Both the position numbers and the translations under genes were made by a program. Below are positions 47,469-56,076 of a stretch of DNA of 64,000 nucleotides, piece by piece. The notes under the pieces are model-generated. The model was not told where the DNA came from. It saw only the letters and a program-made list of their open reading frames with translations, and made no database searches. The stretch is from contig JANRKS010000009.1 in the NCBI GenBank assembly GCA_033763315.1, positions 64,001-128,000 on the forward strand, in the 5' to 3' direction. Source of the DNA: Deltaproteobacteria bacterium. GTDB lineage: Bacteria; Myxococcota_A; Polyangia; Fen-1088. Each line of letters opens with the position of its first letter. Position 1 is the stretch's first letter.

Positions 47469-50400
47469 GCCGAACGAAGGCAATCATGGGATCCATGGCC
47501 GCGCATAAGTGGATCGTCCTAACAGTGGCTGGCGCGTTGGTGCAGGTGCAAGCGCCTGCCGTGGCCGCGGCTCCGGCGTCTGCAGAGGCAGCGGCGGCGG
47601 GGCCGATCGTGGTGCAAGAGCAGCCTGATGGGCGTACGCGCTTGACCATACGAGCTTCCGCCAAACCAAAGTTCACAACTTGGAAGATGGAGCGACCATC
47701 GCGCGTGGTGGTGGACATCACTGGCGCCACCGTTGCTGGCGTGGAATCGCCGTTCGATGCGGGCACCTTCGCGGTTGGCAATGTCAGCGCAGGCACAGAG
47801 GCAAGCAAGACCCGCGTGACGCTTACACTGCGCCGAGGTGCGGATTACCAAGTGCAAGCGCAAGGCAACAACATCGTTGTAGACGTCACGCCGTGGGAGG
47901 CACCGCCTCGTGCAGCCGTCGCGTCAGATCCGGCGCTGCTTGAGGCTGCGCGCAAAGAAGCGGCAGACGCGGCCAAAGCGCGCGCGGAAGCCGAGGCGCG
48001 AGCGAATAAGGCCGAAGCGGAAGCCCACAAGGCTGTGGCTGCGGCGAACCAAGCGCAGGCCACAGTAAAATCTCTGGCGGAAGAGAAGCAACAGGCCGAA
48101 CGGGCGCGGCAAGAAGCGGCGGAGCGTGCGGCGCGTAGCGTGGCCGATGAACGCAAGCAAGCCGAACTTGCAAAGCAAGAAGCCGCAGCGCAAGCCGCGC
48201 GTCTTGTGGCCGAAGAACGTCGCCAAGCGGAACAGGTGCGCAAGCAAGCCGAACTTGCGAAGCAAGAGGCCGCAGCGCAAGCCGCGCGTCTTGTGGCCGA
48301 AGAACGTCGCCAAGCGGAACAGGTGCGGCAGCAAGCCGCTTTGCAAGTGCGCCAAACCGCCGCCGAGGCGTTGGCAAGACTGGACGCCGAAAAGGCTGCA
48401 TTGGAAGCGTCACGGGCGAAGGCCGAGGCTGCGCAGGTTGAAGCCGCGAAGATGACAGAAGCCCTGGCCACGGAACGCGCGGCGATCGAACGCGCGCGCA
48501 AGGGTGTGGAAGACGCCGCCCGTGCGGCTGCGGTCGCCAAGCAAGCCGCCACAGAAGGACAACGTCGCAGTGAAAGGGACGCGGCCGACAAGGCCGCCAA
48601 ACACCTGGCGCAAGAGCAAGCGGCACTTGATGTGCGGCGCGCACAGGCTCAAGCCTCCGAGCAAGCCGCCGTCCAGGCGATGCAACGCCTGGCCCTACAA
48701 ACGCGCGAGGTGGAAAGCCGTCAACAGCAAGCTGAACACGCGAGGGCACAGGCCCTGGCTGCCGCCCAAATGCTGGAGAAGGACCGTCAACAAGCGGCTT
48801 CTGCGCGTGCGGAGGCGGAGCGCTTGCGTGCCAACGCCCAGGACGCTGACCGCAAAGCCAAAGCTTTGCTCGCGGCGGCGATGGCCGAGCAGAAGCGGGC
48901 AGAGGAGCGGCAGAAACAAGGGCGCCAAGACGACGAGCAAGCCAGCCGTATGGTGGCGCAAGCCCGGCAACAAACCGAACAAGCTCGCGAGGCCGCAGAG
49001 GCTGCACGATCAGAGGTGGCGCGCTCCGAGGCCGAACGCAAACGATTGGTGAACGAGCGTGAGGCGCTCGCAAAACAACAAGCGGCGCTCGCCATGGCGG
49101 AGCAACAAGCCGCCGCCGTGGCAAAACGAGCGAACGACGTCACGGCCAAGGCTGCGGCCGTGGAAGCAGCGATGGCGCAGCTTGAGCGAGACAAGCAAAG
49201 CCTCGCGCAGCAACGCAAAGCCTTGGAAGCCGAGCAGGCCACGATTGCCGCCGCCGCCAGGGCCAATGCGGCCGAGCGCGAGAAGATCGACAGCAAAGCC
49301 TCGTCTTTTGAGAAGGCTATGAAAGATCAGCAGCTGGCGTTGGCAAAGGCCGCGGCGGCGCAAGAGCGGGAACAAGCGCGCTTGCGGCAAGCCGAACAAG
49401 AGCTCTTGGCAACCAAGGGTGAACTTGCAAAGCGGGAACAAGCCTTGGCTGCGGCGAAGAAGGATGCCCAAGGTAAACGCGCAAGCGAAGAGCAGGCAAA
49501 GTTGGATGCGGCTGAGGCTGCGCTGAAAAAGGCGCTCGCCGCCCACGCAGAGGCAGAACAACGTCGTCAATCACAAGAAGATAAACTGAGCGCGCTCGCG
49601 CTTGAGCGGCAATCGCTTGAAGCGAGCCGCGCCAAAATGGTGCAAGAGTTGGACGCCGTCAAATCCGAGTTGGCCTCGGCCAAAGCGGAAGTGGCCCGCC
49701 TCAAGGCCGCGCCGAAACCCGCCCCCGCGCCGGTGGTTGCCGTGGCCGCGGCGCCCGCGGTGCGCCCCGCCGTCGCGCCCGTTCAGGAGAACCACGTTGT
49801 TTACGCCGCTGCGGAACGTCCTCGCAGCGTCACCTTGCGTGTGCCCAGCCGCGTGAGCCGCATCGACTTTGTGGACGAGCCCGCGCGTTCGTCGGTGATC
49901 ATCGATCTCGAAGAGCCAACGGAATTCTCCATTGAACGCAGCACGGGCCGTCGTGTCACCCTGCGTTTGCATCACGCCGATTTGCCCAAGCTGCTCGAAC
50001 GCAGCATGGACGCCACTCAATATTTCGGCCCCGTACGCTTGATCAATTCGTACCGCGACCCAAGCGAACGTGGTTCTGTTCGCGTGGAGGTGGAACTGGC
50101 TGAAATGGTGCCGAACCGCGTGCGCACCGACGGCGCCCGGCTGTATTGGGATTTTGATAAGGCGCGACCGGGCAGCGCCGCCACCGTTGATGTGTTCGAG
50201 CTGCCTCCCGTGCGCGTGGCGGCGTTTCACACGATGGCCTTGCCTGTGATGGTGGCGCAAGAAGGCGCCGGGTCATCGCGTCGGCCTTCAGCCTCCAAGA
50301 AGCGCTTCACTGGCCGACGCATCGATCTTGATTTCAAGGGCGCCGACATCCACAACATCTTGCGCCTGTTGGCCGAGGTGGGCGGCGTCAACATCGTCAC

Positions 50401-51625
50401 CTCTGACGACGTCAAAGGTGAAGTGACCATCAAGATGCGCGACGTGCCCTGGGATCAGGCCTTGGACGTGGTCTTGCGGGCCAAGACGCTGGGCCAAGTG
50501 CGCGAGGGCAATCTGATCCGCGTGGCCCCTATCCAGGTGCTTGAGAAAGAGCTTGAGCAGGAGATCTCCAAGCAAAAGCAAATGACCGAGGTGATGCCCA
50601 CCGAGACGCGTCTCATTGGCGTCTCGTATGCTGAAGCCAAAGAGCTTGAGTCGCGTGCCAAGGACCTGCTTTCGGCGCGGGGCAAAGTGTCTGTGGACGA
50701 ACGCACCAACAATTTGATCGTTTCAGACGTGGCCAAGAATCTGGCCTTGGTGGAAGAGCTGGTGCGCAACCTAGACACACAGACATCTCAGGTTGTCATC
50801 GAGGCGCGCATCATCGAAGCGCGTTCAACCTTCGTCCGTGCCCTGGGCGTGCAGTGGGGCGGCACCACCTTCTTGGACGCCGAGCACGGCAACCCCACAG
50901 GCCTGGTGTTTCCGAACTCCGTCGGCATCGGCGGTGGCGCTTCTGACTCCATCGGCAGCACGCAAGGCTTGGTGCCTAACCCACGCAGCGGCATTGCGGG
51001 TTCAGCAAGCCAAAGCCCCAACTATGCGGTGAACTTGCCTGCGGCGGTCGGCGCCGGCAGCGGTGGTGCTTTGGGCCTCACTTTGGGATCCGTTGCGGGC
51101 GCTTTGAATTTGAACTTGCGCTTGTCGGCGCTTGAGCAAAGTGGCCAGGTACGGATCTTATCGTCACCGCGCATCTCCACGATGGACAACGTGCAAGCGT
51201 CTATCGAGCAGGGCGTGGCGATTCCGATCTCGGTGGTCAGCGCCCAGGGCGTACAAACGGTGTTCGTAGACGCAAAGCTCAACCTAACAGTAAAGCCTCA
51301 CGTCACCAACGAAGGCACCGTCATCTTAACTGTGCATGTGACACGTAACGAACCTGACTTCGTGAACACGGGCGCTCGTGGCGACCCCACCATCTTGAAG
51401 AAGGAAGCCAAGACCGTGATGTTGGTGCGCGACGGTGACACCGCGGTGATTGGTGGTATCTACCAACGCAACTCAGGCTTGAACTATAGCAAGGTGCCTT
51501 TCTTCGCGGACATTCCCATCGTTGGCTTCTTCTTCCGTAGCCGCAGAGAGAACGACGACCGCACGGAATTCCTTGTTTTCATCACACCGCGCATCGCCAA
51601 CCGATCGCGCTCCTTGGCGCAATGA
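47465..51625 (+). CDS. pilQ: Type IV pilus secretin PilQ with AMIN domains and a long helical insert
   Basis: AMIN-like P.RVVVDI; FTGRRIDLDFK.ADI, VPWDQAL, QVVIEARI, KVPFFADIP..GFFFR. Confidence 0.95.
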   Translation: MSRTKAIMGSMAAHKWIVLTVAGALVQVQAPAVAAAPASAEAAAAGPIVVQEQPDGRTRLTIRASAKPKFTTWKMERPSRVVVDITGATVAGVESPFDAGTFAVGNVSAGTEASKTRVTLTLRRGADYQVQAQGNNIVVDVTPWEAPPRAAVASDPALLEAARKEAADAAKARAEAEARANKAEAEAHKAVAAANQAQATVKSLAEEKQQAERARQEAAERAARSVADERKQAELAKQEAAAQAARLVAEERRQAEQVRKQAELAKQEAAAQAARLVAEERRQAEQVRQQAALQVRQTAAEALARLDAEKAALEASRAKAEAAQVEAAKMTEALATERAAIERARKGVEDAARAAAVAKQAATEGQRRSERDAADKAAKHLAQEQAALDVRRAQAQASEQAAVQAMQRLALQTREVESRQQQAEHARAQALAAAQMLEKDRQQAASARAEAERLRANAQDADRKAKALLAAAMAEQKRAEERQKQGRQDDEQASRMVAQARQQTEQAREAAEAARSEVARSEAERKRLVNEREALAKQQAALAMAEQQAAAVAKRANDVTAKAAAVEAAMAQLERDKQSLAQQRKALEAEQATIAAAARANAAEREKIDSKASSFEKAMKDQQLALAKAAAAQEREQARLRQAEQELLATKGELAKREQALAAAKKDAQGKRASEEQAKLDAAEAALKKALAAHAEAEQRRQSQEDKLSALALERQSLEASRAKMVQELDAVKSELASAKAEVARLKAAPKPAPAPVVAVAAAPAVRPAVAPVQENHVVYAAAERPRSVTLRVPSRVSRIDFVDEPARSSVIIDLEEPTEFSIERSTGRRVTLRLHHADLPKLLERSMDATQYFGPVRLINSYRDPSERGSVRVEVELAEMVPNRVRTDGARLYWDFDKARPGSAATVDVFELPPVRVAAFHTMALPVMVAQEGAGSSRRPSASKKRFTGRRIDLDFKGADIHNILRLLAEVGGVNIVTSDDVKGEVTIKMRDVPWDQALDVVLRAKTLGQVREGNLIRVAPIQVLEKELEQEISKQKQMTEVMPTETRLIGVSYAEAKELESRAKDLLSARGKVSVDERTNNLIVSDVAKNLALVEELVRNLDTQTSQVVIEARIIEARSTFVRALGVQWGGTTFLDAEHGNPTGLVFPNSVGIGGGASDSIGSTQGLVPNPRSGIAGSASQSPNYAVNLPAAVGAGSGGALGLTLGSVAGALNLNLRLSALEQSGQVRILSSPRISTMDNVQASIEQGVAIPISVVSAQGVQTVFVDAKLNLTVKPHVTNEGTVILTVHVTRNEPDFVNTGARGDPTILKKEAKTVMLVRDGDTAVIGGIYQRNSGLNYSKVPFFADIPIVGFFFRSRRENDDRTEFLVFITPRIANRSRSLAQ
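48152..48325 (+). repeat. 2 x 87-bp in-frame tandem duplication inside pilQ
   Basis: RKQAELAKQEAAAQAARLVAEERRQAEQV twice; copies differ by two synonymous substitutions. Confidence 0.9.
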
Positions 51626-52155
51626 CATCAGACAAACCCATCGTGTTGATAGGATTTATGGCCACCGGAAAGAGCACCGTCGGGCGGTTGGTTGCCGCGC
51701 GTACGGAACGGGCCTTTATCGATCTTGATGCCGCCATCGAAGCAGCGGCGGGAAAGTCGGTGGCCGAGATCTTCAAACAAGAGGGTGAGCCTGGTTTTCG
51801 CGCGCAAGAATCTGCGGCCCTGCAAATGGCATTGGAAAAGCGCGATGTCGTCATCGCCACGGGGGGCGGAGCCGCGTGTCGTGAAAACAACCTGCGCGCG
51901 ATGTTGGAAGCAGGTTTCGTGGTGGCGTTGCAGGCCGATCCCGCTGAGGTGATCCGCCGGGTGGGATCGGGATCAGGACGGCCATTGCTTGATGGCCAAG
52001 CCGATCCTCAACAAGCCGCCATGAAATTGCTCGCCGAGCGCGAGCCGTTTTACGCGCGGGCACACGCCCGCATCGATACCGTGGGCAGGCCGCCCGAGCA
52101 TGTGGCCACCGACGTTATCAACGCTTTCGACAGCACAAGGAGCGATGAGCGATGA
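51622..52155 (+). CDS. aroK: Shikimate kinase
   Basis: GFMATGKST, GE..FR..E, ATGGG, RPLL, R.PFY. Confidence 0.95.
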   Translation: MTSDKPIVLIGFMATGKSTVGRLVAARTERAFIDLDAAIEAAAGKSVAEIFKQEGEPGFRAQESAALQMALEKRDVVIATGGGAACRENNLRAMLEAGFVVALQADPAEVIRRVGSGSGRPLLDGQADPQQAAMKLLAEREPFYARAHARIDTVGRPPEHVATDVINAFDSTRSDER

Positions 52156-53000
52156 ACCGCACACAGCAGAATGAGGGCACCTTGAAGAGGCACAGCATGA
52201 ACACAGCGATGAAATCAGTTGTGGCCTTGATGGCCGCCGCGGTTCCGTTGCTGGCGGGATGCACGACCGACGTCAACGGCGCCTTCATCATCGTACAGAA
52301 CCAGGTGCCGGAGCTTGTATCGGGCGCTTGCGCTGTGCCCAGCAAGGCTTCCGAAACGCGGCAGATCGCAGGCACCGGGGCCTATGATGTGGATCTCGAC
52401 AAGCCGTATCCTTACTTTCTCTACCCGTTGCTCCGCAACGATCTGCCGGTGGCCGCCACCGAGGGCACCATTGAGGTGAACCGCATTGAATACACGGGCG
52501 TGGAGGTGAAGATCGAACCGCCCGCAGGCGTGGCCTTTCCTTCCACCGCCGATTGCCCCACCGAGTTCAAATTCGCCGAACGTGCCTCCATCCCGCCCAC
52601 GGGTGAGGTGGGATCTGCGGTGCAGGTGTTCTTGCCCTGTCACTCGGCCACGCTGCTGAAGATGTTCAATTCAGGCGCTCTGCCCAAAGACTTCGCCACA
52701 TATGTTCGCTTCAAAGTCACTATCCGCGCCATCGGCAAGCACGGCAATGGCACCTTGAAGTCCGATCCGTTTGAGTACATCGTCCGCGTCTGCAAAGGGT
52801 GCTTGCAAACCGGCTATTCCCCGATGTTTGCTCCCTTCGAGTACCCTGGGGTGCCCGCCTGCACGGCTCTTGCCGCGAATCCGTATCAAGGAAACCCTTG
52901 CAACCCGGCCCAGGACGGTCAAATCCTTTGTTGCAAGAAGGCCGACGATAAGCTGGATTGTCCCGGCCGCCCGGCCGCCACTTCAGCCGCCGCGCCGTAA
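52152..53000 (+). CDS. Cys-rich hypothetical lipoprotein (start may be ~52197-52210)
   Basis: Lipobox LLAGC; VCKGCL and C...CC..C C-terminus; lies between pilQ-aroK and mglC. Confidence 0.7.
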   Translation: MNRTQQNEGTLKRHSMNTAMKSVVALMAAAVPLLAGCTTDVNGAFIIVQNQVPELVSGACAVPSKASETRQIAGTGAYDVDLDKPYPYFLYPLLRNDLPVAATEGTIEVNRIEYTGVEVKIEPPAGVAFPSTADCPTEFKFAERASIPPTGEVGSAVQVFLPCHSATLLKMFNSGALPKDFATYVRFKVTIRAIGKHGNGTLKSDPFEYIVRVCKGCLQTGYSPMFAPFEYPGVPACTALAANPYQGNPCNPAQDGQILCCKKADDKLDCPGRPAATSAAAP

Positions 53001-53061
53001 CCGCTTTGTCCCGCCCCGCTTGACACCGGGGGAACTGCGAGATTAGAAGGCCTCTGCGACT

Positions 53062-53418
53062 ATGTTTCGCGAGACAATTCAAAAGGTTGTGGAAGGGATC
53101 GATGGCGGCCTGGCCGGCGTGTTGATGGGCTTTGACGGAATCTCCGTGGATGCCTACACCAAGCCGCAGGCCACCACCGACATAAACACCGTGGGCATGG
53201 AGTTCGCCCACGTGCTGGGGCAGATCCGTAAAGCCGCTGAATTGTTAGAAGTGGGCGCCTTGGACGAGGTGAGCCTGAGCACCGAAACACTCCGCGTGGC
53301 CATTCGAGTGATCAACGAGGAATACTTCGTTGCCTGTGTGCTCGGACCCGCGGGTAACCTGGCAAAGGCACGCTACTTGTTACGGGTCTCGGCGCCGGCC
53401 ATCAAGGCGGAGCTGTAA
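53062..53418 (+). CDS. mglC: Roadblock/LC7 protein, MglC-like
   Basis: 118 aa; MGFDGI.VD motif, [12 protein letters not shown]; same pilQ...accBC neighbourhood as Myxococcus mglC. Confidence 0.8.
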   Translation: MFRETIQKVVEGIDGGLAGVLMGFDGISVDAYTKPQATTDINTVGMEFAHVLGQIRKAAELLEVGALDEVSLSTETLRVAIRVINEEYFVACVLGPAGNLAKARYLLRVSAPAIKAEL

Positions 53419-53423
53419 GCCTC

Positions 53424-53975
53424 GTGGCAAAAGCAACGTCTCCCAAACCGCCAGCGAAGGCGGCGCAAGCAACATCTTCGGGCCCTTCACGGCCTGTGAT
53501 TCTTGTGCTCCACGGCCCCAATTTGAATCTACTCGGTACCCGCGAGCCGCACATCTATGGGCACGTTACCCTCGACGATATCAACGAGGGGTTGGTCGCC
53601 CAGGGGCAGGCCGCTGGCGTGGAGGTTCACGCCTATCAGTCGAACCACGAGGGTGCCCTCATCGATTTGGTCCAGCAGGCCCGGCACACCGCTGCGGCCA
53701 TCGTGATCAACGCCGGCGGCTTCACGCATACGTCTGTGGCCTTGCGAGACGCCTTGGCGGCTTGCGATCTACCTGTCATAGAAGTTCATCTTTCAAATCT
53801 GGCAAAGCGTGAGGACTTCAGGCATCGTTCGCTGCTGGCAGCGGTGGCGGTGGGGCAGATAGCGGGGTTCGGTGCCTTGAGCTACCGGCTGGGTCTGGAA
53901 GCCGCCATTGAATGTTCTCGAGCTACGCCAAAGCAATCTTCTGAAGGTTCCAAGAAAGGATCTACCTCGCGATGA
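53424..53975 (+). CDS. aroQ: Type II 3-dehydroquinate dehydratase
   Basis: [38 protein letters not shown]...RE.FR. Confidence 0.96.
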   Translation: MAKATSPKPPAKAAQATSSGPSRPVILVLHGPNLNLLGTREPHIYGHVTLDDINEGLVAQGQAAGVEVHAYQSNHEGALIDLVQQARHTAAAIVINAGGFTHTSVALRDALAACDLPVIEVHLSNLAKREDFRHRSLLAAVAVGQIAGFGALSYRLGLEAAIECSRATPKQSSEGSKKGSTSR

Positions 53976-54520
53976 CCAAGCGCAAAGGGACGGTGTCCAA
54001 GCGGTCCGTTTCACCCGCCACCGCCCGCACCACAGTGGCGCCAACCCCGCCCACAACGGGGGGCTTTGATCTGAAGTTGTTGCGGGATCTGGCCCGCATC
54101 GCGAATGAGTACGACCTGGAATCGGTTGAACTGCGGCCCGATGGTGGCATCTGCATCAGCCGCGTGCCGGCGTCAGGCGCACGTATGGTGGCGGCGCCCA
54201 TGTCCCCCGCGTCGTTAAGCTTGGTGCCGCCCGTGGCGTCATCTCCCAGCCCCAAGGCTGAAGCGCCGAAGCTTGAAGACGGCGTGATGATCACGTCCCC
54301 CTTCGTCGGCACATTCTACCGCGCGAGCAGCCCCGAAAACCCGCCTTTCGCTGAGGTGGGGCAATCCATCCGCAAAGGCCAGGTGGTTTGCATCGTGGAA
54401 GCGATGAAGTTGATGAACGAAATCGAAGCGGACGTCGACGGTAAGCTTATCGAGGTCTTGGTCAAGAACGGCGAGCACGTGGAATACGGTCAACCGTTGT
54501 TCCGCATGGCGAAGCTTTAA
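53972..54520 (+). CDS. accB: Acetyl-CoA carboxylase biotin carboxyl carrier protein
   Basis: [17 protein letters not shown] biotinylation motif. Confidence 0.96.
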   Translation: MTKRKGTVSKRSVSPATARTTVAPTPPTTGGFDLKLLRDLARIANEYDLESVELRPDGGICISRVPASGARMVAAPMSPASLSLVPPVASSPSPKAEAPKLEDGVMITSPFVGTFYRASSPENPPFAEVGQSIRKGQVVCIVEAMKLMNEIEADVDGKLIEVLVKNGEHVEYGQPLFRMAKL

Positions 54521-54538
54521 ACCCAACCGGGCAACGGC

Positions 54539-55861
54539 GTGTTCAAGAAGGTTCTCATCGCGAACCGAGGGGAAATTGCCCTTCGGGTTATCCGGGCCTG
54601 TCGTGAGATGGGCATCAAGACTGTGGCGGTGCATTCCACCGCTGACGCCGAGGCTATGCACGTGCGCCGTGCCGACGAAAAGGTGTGCATTGGCCCGCCG
54701 CCTTCGCGCCAAAGTTACAATTCGATTCCTGCGTTGATCAGCGCGGCTGAAGTCACGCACGCCGACGCCATCCACCCCGGTTACGGCTTCTTATCCGAGA
54801 ACGCCGAATTCGCGGATGTGGTGCAAAAGTGTGGCCTCACGTGGATTGGGCCGCAGCCTTCTGTCATCCGCATGATGGGCGACAAGGTCCAGGCCCGTAA
54901 CACAATGACCGCCGCGGGCGTGCCTGTTTTGCCCGGTACAGGCGTGCTTCGCACGGACGAAGAAGCTGAAGAAGCGGTGGATCGCATCGGTTTGCCTGTG
55001 ATCATCAAGGCCGTTGGTGGCGGCGGTGGTCGCGGCATGAAGATCGTCAAAGAGCGCAAGCATTTGCCGTCGCAATTGGCGGCGGCGCGCTCAGAGGCCC
55101 AAGCTGGTTTCTCAAACCCCGCCGTCTACATCGAGCGGTACGTGGGCAAGCCTCGCCACATCGAGGTGCAGGTTTTAGGCGACGGTGAAAACGCCATGGC
55201 CTTGGGCGAGCGCGAGTGTTCGATTCAGCGTCGCCACCAAAAGCTTGTGGAAGAGGCGCCGTCGGTTGCGTTGGACGACAAGAGCCGCGCTGAACTGCTG
55301 AAGGTGGCACGCAAGGCCACCGCCGCTTTGAACTACAAGACGGTGGGCACACTCGAATTCCTGCTCGACGAAGACAAGCGCTTTTACTTTATGGAGATGA
55401 ACACCCGCATCCAGGTGGAACACACCGTGACGGAAGAGGTGTTTGGCGTGGATCTCGTCCGAGAGCAGATCGAGCTGGCGGCGGGATCCAAGCTGCGTCT
55501 GAAGAAGGATATGAAGCCACGCGGCCACTCGATCGAGCTGCGCATCAACGCGGAGGATCCCGTGACCTTTGCACCCTCGCCAGGCCTCATCACAGGCCTG
55601 CGCATGCCGGGCGGTTTGGGAGTGCGCATCGACACCCACATCTACCAAGGTTATCGGGTGCCGTCCTACTACGACTCACTGTTGGCCAAGCTCATCGTTC
55701 ACGGTGACACGCGGCTGCTTGCGATCGATCGTCTGCGTCGTTGCTTGGACGAGTTTGAGGTCGAGGGCTGCAAAACCAACGTCGACTTCTACAAACGCCT
55801 CATCGCACACCCAGATTTCGTTGCGGGCCGCTTAGACACACACTTCCTTGAGCGCATGTAG
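54539..55861 (+). CDS. accC: Biotin carboxylase
   Basis: IANRGEIA, HPGYGFLSEN, GGGGRGM, EMNTRIQVEH. Confidence 0.97.
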   Translation: MFKKVLIANRGEIALRVIRACREMGIKTVAVHSTADAEAMHVRRADEKVCIGPPPSRQSYNSIPALISAAEVTHADAIHPGYGFLSENAEFADVVQKCGLTWIGPQPSVIRMMGDKVQARNTMTAAGVPVLPGTGVLRTDEEAEEAVDRIGLPVIIKAVGGGGGRGMKIVKERKHLPSQLAAARSEAQAGFSNPAVYIERYVGKPRHIEVQVLGDGENAMALGERECSIQRRHQKLVEEAPSVALDDKSRAELLKVARKATAALNYKTVGTLEFLLDEDKRFYFMEMNTRIQVEHTVTEEVFGVDLVREQIELAAGSKLRLKKDMKPRGHSIELRINAEDPVTFAPSPGLITGLRMPGGLGVRIDTHIYQGYRVPSYYDSLLAKLIVHGDTRLLAIDRLRRCLDEFEVEGCKTNVDFYKRLIAHPDFVAGRLDTHFLERM

Positions 55862-56076
55862 GCCCTAGCCCCGCAGGTGCGTCTGCGCCGCCTTCGGTTT
55901 GTGGCATCTCACACAATCGGTGCGGCAGACAGCGGTTTAGGTCAAGTCGCTCCCCCGAACGGTCGATCAGAAAAAGGGGCGCTGCTCCTGACAATCATTC
56001 TACTTCTCTTTACACGCCGTAAGTTCCCGGTAAGACTGTAGAAAATCTCGTCGTCCAAGGGGCCCCCGTTACCGCC

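Noticed and set aside
47845-49570. Long minus-strand ORFs within pilQ, and similar ones opposite valS, accC and glpK
   Set aside because: Antisense open frames expected from high-GC codon bias.
53020-53050. Sigma70 promoter upstream of mglC
   Set aside because: TTGACA is present but no convincing -10 hexamer lies at 16-18 bp spacing.
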